From: Alistipes onderdonkii
Lineage (GTDB): Bacteria > Actinomycetota > Coriobacteriia > Coriobacteriales > UMGS124
Length of the DNA: 50,978 nt
Direction of reading: 5' to 3'
Assembly: GCA_963648855.1 (NCBI GenBank)
Contig: CAVJGP010000004.1
Location: forward strand, 1 to 50,978
Both the position numbers and the translations under genes were made by a program. Below the pieces are notes generated by a model, which saw only the letters and a list, made by a program, of their open reading frames with translations, had not been told where the DNA came from and did not search any database. Every line of letters begins with the position of its first letter. Position 1 is the stretch's first letter. Positions 1-8,465 of the stretch are shown one piece after another.

Positions 1-1
1 G

Positions 2-454
2 GACGCCGAGCTAACCAAGCTGGGCATGCTCGACTTCGACGCAAGGATCCGCCGCATCTGCCAGGCCGTGGTGGACGGCGACGCCTGCGGCCAGATGCTC
101 GCAGGTCACACGGGCGCCCTCTCGGCTGAGGACGCCGAGACACTGGCCTACATGGCGGAAAGCGGCGCCTACGGCACATTGAGCAACAACATCCGCAACA
201 AGATGCGTGCCGAGGAAGCCGAGGTGGGGCGCGTGCGCGCTCGCCTGCGCTACATGTGGCGCCGGCTCTTCCCTCCCCTGAAGAGCCTCAAGGCCAACTA
301 CCCCATTCTCGAGCGCGCCCCCTGGACGCTGCCGTTCGTGCACATCTACCGCTTCACCGTGCGCCTCTTCAAGCGCCGCGGCCTGGTGCGCTCCGAGTTC
401 TCGGCCCTCTCCGGCAAAACCGGTACCCTCGCCCCCACCGACAAGAAGCGCTAG
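2..454 (+). CDS. 3' part of a gene entering from the left edge. The C-terminal region resembles the uncharacterised nucleotidyltransferase (NTP_transf_5-like) family.
   Basis: The frame is open from nt 2, with no stop before the ATG at 26. GC3 is high and the stop is at 452-454. The family assignment rests only on my memory of C-terminal '...YPILERAPWTLPFVHIYRF...'-type sequences. Confidence 0.4.
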   Translation, partial: DAELTKLGMLDFDARIRRICQAVVDGDACGQMLAGHTGALSAEDAETLAYMAESGAYGTLSNNIRNKMRAEEAEVGRVRARLRYMWRRLFPPLKSLKANYPILERAPWTLPFVHIYRFTVRLFKRRGLVRSEFSALSGKTGTLAPTDKKR

Positions 455-510
455 GCGGGCGAAAGGCTGGCACAAACAAAGCCGAGGCAGTCCAACGGCA
501 TGGAAACATG

Positions 511-554
511 TACTTGAGATACGCGAAATTAAGCAAAAACGTGTATCTCAGGTA
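511..554. repeat. Imperfect inverted repeat (12-nt arms, 20-nt AT-rich spacer) between convergent genes
   Basis: 'tacttgagatac' (511-522) pairs with 'gtatctcaggta' (543-554), with one G.U-type mismatch. It lies in a locally low-GC patch and has no U-tract. Confidence 0.4.
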
Positions 555-622
555 CAGTGAATTATGAATTGCGCGTGAATGGGGCTTCAAGAGAAGCACG
601 TGCGTTGGCGGGCTTTGCAGGG

Positions 623-2353
623 TTAGGCGGGGCGGGAGTCGACCAGGGCGATGAGGGACTCGCGGGAGGAGACGCCGAGCTTCTCGTAGATGTGGCGGAT
701 GTGGGTGCGCACGGTGTTCTCGGAGATGCCCAGGGCTGGGGCGATGTACGACGAGCCGTACCCCCTGCCGGCGTAGAGCAGCACCTCGAGCTCGCGGGGC
801 GACAGGCCCCGCTGAGCGGCGAGTGCATGGCAGCGAGCCTCGAAGGCGCCCTCGTCGGAGGCAGCGGGGGCGGTTTGAGATGCCGGGTCGCCCGCCTGGG
901 GAGACTCCGCGTCGGGTCGGGCCGACGGGAGGGCTCGCAGGGCATAGGACACGGCGACCGCCGTGAAATAGACCGCCTCGAGGACGAAGCACAGGATGCG
1001 CCCGCCCGTGCCGAGCACCTCGATGGAGACCAGGCCCACCAAGGCCGCCAGCGCACACGACGCCAGGACAGCGGAGGCAAAGCGGCGCGGGTCGAGGCCC
1101 GTCTCGGCGACGGCGACGCAGAACTGCGCGAAGGCGGCGCCCGTCAGGAGCGCAAAGCCCACGGCCGAGAACGTTGTGGAGAAGACCGCGATGAGTGGGC
1201 CGCTCACAAGCTGCTTGATGACGGGGATGACCAGGACGAGCGAGATTGCCACGGGCTGCACAGCACGGGTCAGCACACCGAGACGGCCCGCCTCGCCGTA
1301 CTTGGAGCCCGCGAACGCGACGATGAGCGCACTTGCGAGCGCGCCGACGATGACGCCGGGCACCTCCGCCACGGCAGAGCGCCAGGCGGTCTCGTCGGCA
1401 AGAACGGGGTCCCAGGTGAGTCCGGTGATGAACGAACAGAAAGCCAGGCCTGCCAACGGTATCCAAAGAAGGCCGGCCACCTGCGGCAGCGTGGGGCGCA
1501 CACCAGAGCCGCTCAGGCTCTCGGGGATGTCGCAGACGACGGCGAGCAAGGACACGCCATTGGCGGGCGCGCGGCCCTCGTCACGCGCGGATCGGGCATC
1601 GGCCAGCGATGCCGCACGGGAAGTCTCGCCCCGGCGTGGACGCTCGCACGCGACGAGCGCGGCAAACGACCCGGCGCAGAGCACGAGCAGAAGCGCGACA
1701 GCCACGCCCGGCAGAGCGACGAGCTTGAAGACGGCCTGTGTCACGCCCGCGACGACGATGGCGACGGCGATGGAGCGCAGCAGGACGACGGTCTGGAGAC
1801 GCACGGAAAGGCAGAACCACTCGCGCGAGAGCAGGAATAGACCCGCGCCCAGAGCAAGGCCTGCGCAGAAGAGCACGGCCTGGGGAATCTCGACAAGCAC
1901 GGCGACCGCAAGTGACGCGGTGGCGCACAGGCACAGGAGCGCTCCCAAGACGGCGCTTGGCAGGCTTGCCTCGGGCTTGGCGCAGGCAGGCACGCCCCGC
2001 TCGCAGCGGGCCGCAAAGGCACGCACCCCGGCTTGGCCAGGCGCCTCTCGCTCAGTCGCATCAGACCCGCCATCCCTGCCGTCGCGTGCAGACACGGAAG
2101 GCATCGAGGACGTTCTGCGCCCCAGAAGGGCCGTCGCCAGCCCCGCAAGCACGAGGGCCACGAGGACGCCGTACATCAGAGCCGTCAACCGCTGGAACCC
2201 GACGCCGGCAAGGCCCGCGTCGAAGCGCCGAATGAAGCACAGGACATAGGAGAGCAGGCAACCAAGGCCAAGCCCGGGGGCCACGAAACCGCGATAAGCG
2301 GCCGAGACCCGCGCGGCGCCGGAACCAACGCCAAGCTCATCTGCACATCGCAC
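623..2353 (-). CDS. Membrane-embedded LuxR-family transcriptional regulator (multi-TM N-terminal domain plus C-terminal HTH)
   Basis: The C-terminus 'LSPRELEVLLYAGRGYGSSYIAPALGISENTVRTHIRHIYEKLGV' is a LuxR/GerE HTH. About 450 aa of hydrophobic helices precede it. The start is GTG at 2353, preceded by 'GGGGGA'. Confidence 0.85.
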   Translation of the reverse strand: MRCADELGVGSGAARVSAAYRGFVAPGLGLGCLLSYVLCFIRRFDAGLAGVGFQRLTALMYGVLVALVLAGLATALLGRRTSSMPSVSARDGRDGGSDATEREAPGQAGVRAFAARCERGVPACAKPEASLPSAVLGALLCLCATASLAVAVLVEIPQAVLFCAGLALGAGLFLLSREWFCLSVRLQTVVLLRSIAVAIVVAGVTQAVFKLVALPGVAVALLLVLCAGSFAALVACERPRRGETSRAASLADARSARDEGRAPANGVSLLAVVCDIPESLSGSGVRPTLPQVAGLLWIPLAGLAFCSFITGLTWDPVLADETAWRSAVAEVPGVIVGALASALIVAFAGSKYGEAGRLGVLTRAVQPVAISLVLVIPVIKQLVSGPLIAVFSTTFSAVGFALLTGAAFAQFCVAVAETGLDPRRFASAVLASCALAALVGLVSIEVLGTGGRILCFVLEAVYFTAVAVSYALRALPSARPDAESPQAGDPASQTAPAASDEGAFEARCHALAAQRGLSPRELEVLLYAGRGYGSSYIAPALGISENTVRTHIRHIYEKLGVSSRESLIALVDSRPA

Positions 2354-2714
2354 GGCAATCCCCCACTACTTCCGCTGGCCCAACGAGGCACGACAGGGGC
2401 CATTATGCCACAAGAGAGGATGCCGCCCGAACCCTCGACAAGCGCGACACCCAACCGTGTGAGAAGCCCTGCGAGAAGCCCACACAGGCGAGAGGCCATG
2501 GCCCGCCAGGACTCTGGAGCACCGCGAGCCGCAGGGACAACGCGCCACCACCGCGAGCGACGCGCACAGACGAACGACCATGGCGCATCGACGTGCCCGG
2601 CCGCGCAGGCACAATGCCCGCCCCTCGCAAGAAAACCCCAGGCTGGTCTCGGCTCCACGAGCAGAAAGGTTGCCTCGCACGGCCAACGCCGGCTTCGGCC
2701 ACAGCAACCCGGAG

Positions 2715-2896
2715 CCGCAGCAACCTGGCGCCACAGCTGCCCGGCGCCGCAGCAACCTGGTGCCACAGGTGCCCGGCGGCGCAACGTCACGGCGGCGCAA
2801 CGTCACGGCGGCGCAACGTCACGGCGGCGCAACGTCACGGCGGCGCAACGTCACGGCGGCGCAACGTCACGGCGGCGCAACGTCACGGCGGCGCAA
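2715..2896. repeat. Composite tandem array: 2 x 32 bp followed by about 7.5 x 16 bp ('ggcggcgcaacgtcac')
   Basis: The 32-nt units at 2715-2746 and 2747-2778 differ at 2 positions. The 'gcaacgtcac' core recurs at 2781, 2797, 2813, 2829, 2845, 2861 and 2877, an exact 16-bp period, and the last unit is degenerate. Confidence 0.9.
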
Positions 2897-2937
2897 ACAA
2901 GAAGGCGGCCCGCCCCCGGCGTGGGGAGCGGGCCGCC
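2891..2937 (-). terminator. Rho-independent terminator of the surface-protein gene
   Basis: A perfect 10-bp GC stem joins 2928-2937 and 2904-2913. On the minus strand it is followed by 'UUCUUGUUU'. It sits 51 nt after the stop at 2988. Confidence 0.65.
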
Positions 2938-2987
2938 CGCGGTGGTGCTATCGGGGCTTTCGGCAGCTCAGGACCGCCGGGGGCGTG

Positions 2988-5900
2988 TTAGCCCTGGAAC
3001 TGGTCGGCCAGGCTCTCGTCCACGGTCACGTCGGAAATCGCGAGGCCGAAGGGGCTGGACTCCCAGGACACGACGGTGAACTTGCCGTAGGTCACGACGT
3101 CCTCGGCGCCGTCCTGCTTCACGGTGAGCTTCACCGCGTAGGTGTAGGAGCCGTCGCCGTTGTCCGTGACGCCGGCGAACTCGGCCTGCACGCTCACGCC
3201 ATACTGGGGCCACACGGTGTAGCTGGAGCCGTCCTCGGAGCGCACGACATTGGTGGCCCAGGCGTAGCCGGTGTCGTAGCACTCGCCGCCCGCGAGCCCC
3301 GCGATGAGCGCCGCGGCCTTGTCGGCAGGGATGGTGTAGGAGCCGTCGTCGTTCTTCTGGATGCCCAGGTCGGCGAGGTTGTTGCGGTCAAGCGCGCTGG
3401 CGGCATCGAAGAAGCTCGCGAAGCGGTCAGCGTTGCCCGCCTGGCCGATGAGCGCGCCGGCGAAGGCGCCCCACGCTACGGGGTCGGCGGCGTTGGTGAC
3501 GGAGCCGTCGTTCTGCGTGCCGTCGATCAGGGCCTGCTGCCAGGCCTGATAGGTGTCCGGGTCCTCAGTGCTCGCCTGATACTGGGCGCTCAGGTAGAGA
3601 ACGCCCAGGTACTCGGCCAGCTGCTCGGTCTTGGCAGCTTGGTCGACGGCGCCGGACTGGTCCGCCTGGTCGGCGGCGTCGGCGGCGGGCTGCTCGGACT
3701 GGGTGGCGGGCTCGCTGGCCTGATCGACATTCTCGGGCGTCTCGCCGGGCTCAAGGCCGTCCTTCGCGATGCCCTCGCCGCCCTGGTCGATGTCCTCGGC
3801 GGTGTCGCCGCCCTGGCTGGGATCGTCGGGCGTCACTTCGGGCGTGGCAGGCTGCAGGGCGTCGATGGCAGCCTGCACGGCCTGAGTCTGGGCGTCAACC
3901 GCGTCCTGGGTGGCGGTGGTGTCGGCGAGCACGCCCTGCGCGGCGGCGACGGCGCTCTGCAGGTTCGCCCAGGTTTCGGGCGAGTACTGGGCCTCATCAA
4001 GCGCCAGGGCCTTGTTCACCACGTCGACGAGGGCCGTGGTGTCGGCCTGCTCGGGCGTAGGCTGCGGGTCGGAGACGGGCTGGAGGGCGTCGATGGCGGA
4101 GCGCACGAGCTGCGCCTGGGCGTCCACGATGGTCTGCGTGGCCGAGCCGTCGGCCAGCACGGCGCTTGCGGCCGCGACGGCGCCGCTCAGCTTGCCCCAG
4201 CTCGCGGGCGTGTAATCGGCCTCGCTCAACGCCTGCGCGTCGGAGACTGCCTGCTGCAGGGCCGTCGTGTCCACCGTGACGGGCGCGGCGGCGGGCTCAA
4301 GCGCGTTGATGGCGTCGTTGAGCTGGGCGGCCAGCGCGTCGCACACCGTCTGGGTGAGCGTGGCGTCCTGCTGCACGGCCTCGGCGGCGCTGCGGGCGGC
4401 GACCATCTTCGCCCAGCTCGCGGGCGTGTAGTCGGTCTCGTTCAGCTCATAGGAATGGCTCACGAGGCGGGTGAGCTCCTGCTTGTCGATCTGGGCGTCG
4501 GGCGCGGGGCCGCCGTCCTCCTGGGCGATGGTGCCCTGGGCGATGTCGGTGGAGGTGGGGTCGGCGAGCACGCCATTGTCGTCGAAGTAGAGCGCCGCGC
4601 CCTTGAAGGTGAAGGTGCCGCTGCGCAGGATGCCGTTGGTGCCGCAGTAGATCACGCGGCCGTCGGGCAGGTAGGTGAGGCCGGTGGCCATGGCGCCGGT
4701 GTCGGCGTCGAAGTAACGCGTGCCGTCGGTGAGGGTCACGAAGCCCGTGACGCGCAGGCCGTTCTCGTCGTAGTACTTCACGGCGTTGTTGGCCTGAGTG
4801 ACCAGGCCGGTCTGCATGGCGCCGTACTGCGGCTCGAAGTAGCGCCAGGAGCCGCCCACGTAGCACTCACCGCGCAGCAGGTAGCCGCCGATGTAGTAGT
4901 GCGTCGCGCCGTCGAAGAACGACCAGCCGTCGGGCTGGTACTCCTCAACGGCCGTGACGGCGAAGCCCCACTCGGCGTTGGAGCCGTCGGTCACGAGGCG
5001 GATCTTGACCGACTCGCCGGGCACCTTCACCGTGGCGCCGGCCAGCGCGTTGCCCGTGTACTTGCCCACCATGGAGCCGTCGGCGGCGTAAATCTCGACG
5101 TAGTCGTAGCCCGACTCGACGTAGGTCTGCTTGTCGAAGGTGAGGGCCAGGCCCGCGGCGCCGGACTGCGTGTACACCCAGGTGTCGCAGGTGGAGTTGG
5201 CGTAGGTGTGCGGGCTGGCGAGGTCGGTGGCCTTGGCCGCAACGTGCTGGTTGCACACGACCTCCACCTGGGCCGACTGGGTGACGCCCGAGCCGTCGGC
5301 GGCGGTGCAGGTGATGACAGTGGAGCCCTGGGCCACGCCGGTCACGTTGCCCTTCTCATCCACCTTGGCCACGGCCGGGTTGGAGGAAGACCAGGTCACA
5401 GCCTTGTTGTAGGCGTCGTTGGGCAGCACGGTGGCGAGCAGCGGCTTGGTGTCGCCCGCCTCCATGGAGAAGGTGGCCTTGTTGAGATTGATCTGCTCCA
5501 CAGGCTGCACAACCTGCACGCTGCACGTGGCGCTTTGCTTGCCTACTGAAATCGTAACAGTGGCGGTGCCCAGGCCCGCCGTGGTGACGGAGCCGTCCTG
5601 GCCCACCGTGGCCACTGTGTTGTCGCTGCTCGACCACGTCTGCGCGTCGGTGCAGTTGGCCGGGTCCACCGTCGCCGTGAGCTTGGCCGTCTGCAGGCCC
5701 TTGAGCAGCACGACGGAGGTGTTGTTGAGCGTGACGCTCGTGGCGTGGAAGCGGTTCTGCACGAAGGTGAAGCCGTGCGCGGAGGCGAACTCGGGCGCGA
5801 TGGACTCGGGGTCGCCCAGGACGGTGAGGCCGGCGATGTCCTCGTAGGTGGTATGCTTGACCACCTGGTCCTTGCCGTCGGCGTCCTTCTGCGTGACCTC

Positions 5901-6458
5901 GGTCTCCTTGGCCAGCACGAACGCGTCGTCGGCGATGGTGGTGACGGTGGGGGCGATGTCCACGCTCTTGAGGCCCGCGCAGCCCTCGAAGGCCTTGCTG
6001 GCGATGAAGGCGATGCTGCCGTCGGGGATGACGACGTCGCCCAGGAGCGTGGCGTCCTTGAAGGCGCCCGTCTCGATGGCAACGACCTTGGCGCCGTTGA
6101 GCTCCGTGGGCACGGTGAGGGTGGCGGAGGTGCCCTCGTAGCCCGTGATGTGGGCGTTCTTGTCGGAGTCGAGCGTGTAGGTGAAGGTGTCCTGCCCCAC
6201 CTGGGCCTTCGTGCCGGAGGCGTCCGAGGTGGCCTGCGCCGAGGTGGCGTCGGTCGCGGCGGCGGCCGTGGCGTCCTGGCTGGCAGAGGCGGTGGCCTCG
6301 CTTGCCAGGGCGGTGAGGAAGGTCTTGCCGGAGGTGTCCGAAGCCGAGTCGGCCAAGGCGGATGCGGGCTGGACGGTGGCGGCAAGCATGAGCAGCGCGA
6401 TGGCCGCAGCGGGAATCGCTGCGACGGCGTGCCTGCAAACCGAAGACGTGCGTGCCAT
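2988..6458 (-). CDS. Secreted mosaic surface protein. Domain order: signal peptide, BspA-type LRR, 2 x Big_2, CUB-like domain, CW_binding_1 (choline/glucan-binding type) repeats, 3 x FIVAR-like helical repeats, unknown C-terminal domain.
   Basis: The RBS 'AAAGGAG' precedes the ATG at 6458 and the signal peptide ends 'ASALA'. LRR motif: '...VVIPDGSIAFIASKAFEGCAGLKSVDI...'. Big_2-like motif: 'TWSSS(D/N)..VA.V...G.VT..G.G.A.VT'. YF/GW-rich wall-binding repeats are present. A repeat of about 66 aa ('DYTPASW...ATQ...IDALQP') occurs three times. There is no LPXTG. Confidence 0.9.
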   Translation of the reverse strand: MARTSSVCRHAVAAIPAAAIALLMLAATVQPASALADSASDTSGKTFLTALASEATASASQDATAAAATDATSAQATSDASGTKAQVGQDTFTYTLDSDKNAHITGYEGTSATLTVPTELNGAKVVAIETGAFKDATLLGDVVIPDGSIAFIASKAFEGCAGLKSVDIAPTVTTIADDAFVLAKETEVTQKDADGKDQVVKHTTYEDIAGLTVLGDPESIAPEFASAHGFTFVQNRFHATSVTLNNTSVVLLKGLQTAKLTATVDPANCTDAQTWSSSDNTVATVGQDGSVTTAGLGTATVTISVGKQSATCSVQVVQPVEQINLNKATFSMEAGDTKPLLATVLPNDAYNKAVTWSSSNPAVAKVDEKGNVTGVAQGSTVITCTAADGSGVTQSAQVEVVCNQHVAAKATDLASPHTYANSTCDTWVYTQSGAAGLALTFDKQTYVESGYDYVEIYAADGSMVGKYTGNALAGATVKVPGESVKIRLVTDGSNAEWGFAVTAVEEYQPDGWSFFDGATHYYIGGYLLRGECYVGGSWRYFEPQYGAMQTGLVTQANNAVKYYDENGLRVTGFVTLTDGTRYFDADTGAMATGLTYLPDGRVIYCGTNGILRSGTFTFKGAALYFDDNGVLADPTSTDIAQGTIAQEDGGPAPDAQIDKQELTRLVSHSYELNETDYTPASWAKMVAARSAAEAVQQDATLTQTVCDALAAQLNDAINALEPAAAPVTVDTTALQQAVSDAQALSEADYTPASWGKLSGAVAAASAVLADGSATQTIVDAQAQLVRSAIDALQPVSDPQPTPEQADTTALVDVVNKALALDEAQYSPETWANLQSAVAAAQGVLADTTATQDAVDAQTQAVQAAIDALQPATPEVTPDDPSQGGDTAEDIDQGGEGIAKDGLEPGETPENVDQASEPATQSEQPAADAADQADQSGAVDQAAKTEQLAEYLGVLYLSAQYQASTEDPDTYQAWQQALIDGTQNDGSVTNAADPVAWGAFAGALIGQAGNADRFASFFDAASALDRNNLADLGIQKNDDGSYTIPADKAAALIAGLAGGECYDTGYAWATNVVRSEDGSSYTVWPQYGVSVQAEFAGVTDNGDGSYTYAVKLTVKQDGAEDVVTYGKFTVVSWESSPFGLAISDVTVDESLADQFQG

Positions 6459-6739
6459 GAAGTGCTCCTTTCAGATGGAAGGGGTGCCGCATGCCGACAC
6501 CCCTCAGTGCGACAGAGCAAACACACGTGCAAACTCACTATACCTTGACGAGGATTATAGCCGCCTCGTCACAACAGGAGAGGTGGGCACCGCAAAGTTA
6601 TCGTCTATTCCGCGCAAGGGTGGTTTGGTTCGCAGGGCGGACATGGGCGCGGCCGGGCAAGCGGAATCCAGGGGGCATGCCGCGCACCTCACGCTCGCCC
6701 CGCCTGAGCCGCGCACCTCGCCCGGCGCCCGCTCCTCCC

Positions 6740-7354
6740 CTAGCTCCTGCCGGGCGGGTCGTTGGGGCCGGGCACCCACTCGCGGGGCTCCAGGCCCACG
6801 TTGGCGTTGTCTTCCTGGGGCGTGACGATTTGCATACCGTGGAAGAACTGGCGGATCTGCGCGGCGCTCACCGGGCGGAAGTCGTTAGCATCCACGCCCA
6901 CGTCGTAGCGCCGATAGCCGCGCTCGCGCTGCAGCTCGTTGTAATGGGTGCCCGCGCTGTGGATGTGGCCGTGCACGTGCACCGTGCCATGGAAGATGCC
7001 GTTCCACGTCATGAAGGGGTAGTGGCAGGCGATGAAGCGCGTCTTGTTGTACTTGATGTCGCGGTAGTCGTCCACGCTCTCGAACACGTCCAGGCCCGAC
7101 CAGTCGATGTCGTGGTTGCCCTGCACGAGCTGGATGTGCTTGCAGCGGATGCCGCTCAGGTACTCCTGCACCTCCTCGGGCGCGCCGCGCATAGACAGGT
7201 CGCCCAGGATGCAGAGGATGTCGTTCTCAGCGACGCACTCGTTGATGTTGTCGATGAGGCCCCGGCCCATCTGCTCCACCGTGTCCCAGGGGCGCTGGGT
7301 GAAGGTGAGGATGTTGCGATGGCACAGATGCAGGTCGCTGGTAAACCAGAGCAC
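6740..7354 (-). CDS. Metallophosphoesterase family protein (calcineurin-like)
   Basis: Motifs seen are 'SDLHLCH', 'GDLSMRG', 'GNHD' and 'HVHGHIHS'. The start is GTG at 7354, with 'GGGAGG' 6 nt upstream. Confidence 0.85.
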   Translation of the reverse strand: MLWFTSDLHLCHRNILTFTQRPWDTVEQMGRGLIDNINECVAENDILCILGDLSMRGAPEEVQEYLSGIRCKHIQLVQGNHDIDWSGLDVFESVDDYRDIKYNKTRFIACHYPFMTWNGIFHGTVHVHGHIHSAGTHYNELQRERGYRRYDVGVDANDFRPVSAAQIRQFFHGMQIVTPQEDNANVGLEPREWVPGPNDPPGRS

Positions 7355-7523
7355 GCGAGACCTCCCATAACGTCGTGGCGATGGGCGCGATTATAGCCGA
7401 GATGTGCTAACCTTTGCCCCCGACGGGGCCGAAGCAAATCGCAGGGGGTTGCCAAGGCACGACGCGCGCAAACCGTGCGCGCCGCAGCCCGTGTCCGCAC
7501 ACAACCCAAGGGAGGCATCGTCG

Positions 7524-8204
7524 ATGGACGAGACAAAAGTCATCGAGGTAAAGCAGCAAATTCTGTGGGAGAACACCCAGGAGGCCGACCAGTGGCGCGC
7601 TTCGCTGGCCAAGAAGGGCACGTTCTTCCTCGACGTGATGGCCTCGCCCGGCGCCGGCAAGACCACGCTCATCCTGGCCCTGCTCAAGGAGCTCAAGGCG
7701 CGCGGCCTGGAGTGCGGCGTGATCGAGGCCGACCTGGAGAGCGACGTGGACGCCCTCAAGATCAAGGAGGCCGGCGTGGCCTCGGTGGAGCTCAACACCA
7801 AGGGCGTCTGCCACGTGGAGATGGGCATGGTGAAGCGCTCCTTCGCGGCCTTCGGCGACAAGCACTTCGACTTCATGGTGCTCGAGAACATCGGCAACCT
7901 CGTGTGCCCGGCCGACTTCGACACGGGAGCGCACGTGCGCGTCATGCTGCTCAGCGTGCCCGAGGGCTACGACAAGGTGTACAAGTACCCGCCGATGTTC
8001 GCCGTGACCAACGCCCTCATCGTGACGAAGTGCGCCTACCTGCCGCTCAACCCTGACTTCGACATGGACGCCCTCAAGAAGCAGGCGTGCGTGCTGAACC
8101 CCTCCACGCGCGTCTTCGAGACCGACGCCCGCAACGGCCAGGGCATCGCCGAGCTGGCCGACTGGCTCGTGGAGATGCGCACCAAGACGCTCGCCCTGGC
8201 GTAA
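7524..8204 (+). CDS. hypB: Hydrogenase nickel-incorporation GTPase HypB
   Basis: The P-loop is 'SPGAGKTTL', and 'ENIGNLVCPADFD' is present. The ATG at 7524 is preceded by 'GGGAGG'. The longer ORF from 7404 has no RBS. Confidence 0.88.
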   Translation: MDETKVIEVKQQILWENTQEADQWRASLAKKGTFFLDVMASPGAGKTTLILALLKELKARGLECGVIEADLESDVDALKIKEAGVASVELNTKGVCHVEMGMVKRSFAAFGDKHFDFMVLENIGNLVCPADFDTGAHVRVMLLSVPEGYDKVYKYPPMFAVTNALIVTKCAYLPLNPDFDMDALKKQACVLNPSTRVFETDARNGQGIAELADWLVEMRTKTLALA

Positions 8205-8258
8205 GGGAAGAGAAAGCGGCACAGGCTGGTGCATCTACCAGGTAGGATGCACAAAGAA

Positions 8259-8297
8259 GCGGGGCCTCGGCCGATGTGGCTGAGGCCCCGCTTTTGG
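8259..8297 (+). terminator. Rho-independent terminator after hypB (A-tract upstream, so possibly bidirectional)
   Basis: The stem is 'gcggggcctc' (8259-8268) with 'gaggccccgc' (8282-8291), followed by 'ttttgg'. Confidence 0.7.
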
Positions 8298-8465
8298 TAT
8301 GCGAGCATGGGAGAAAACGCGCGGCGGGCGCATGGCGCGACGACGGGCGCACGGCATGGTGGCGAGCCGCAAAAAGCAACGGCGGGCACGCGCCGTATCG
8401 CACGTACCCGCCGCATTTCACGACAAGCGAGAAGGTCGGCCGCCTCTCCGCAACAACCTGGCGGC

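Noticed and set aside
2715-2896. Possible CRISPR array
   Set aside because: The units are directly abutting 16/32-bp repeats with no unique spacers, and no cas genes are nearby. It is a simple tandem repeat.
2580-5549. 989-aa plus-strand ORF
   Set aside because: It is antisense to the well-supported surface-protein gene (RBS, signal peptide, recognisable domains). Its Gly/Ala/Val/Arg/His/Leu-dominated composition is typical of a stop-free shadow frame in high-GC DNA, and it has no RBS.
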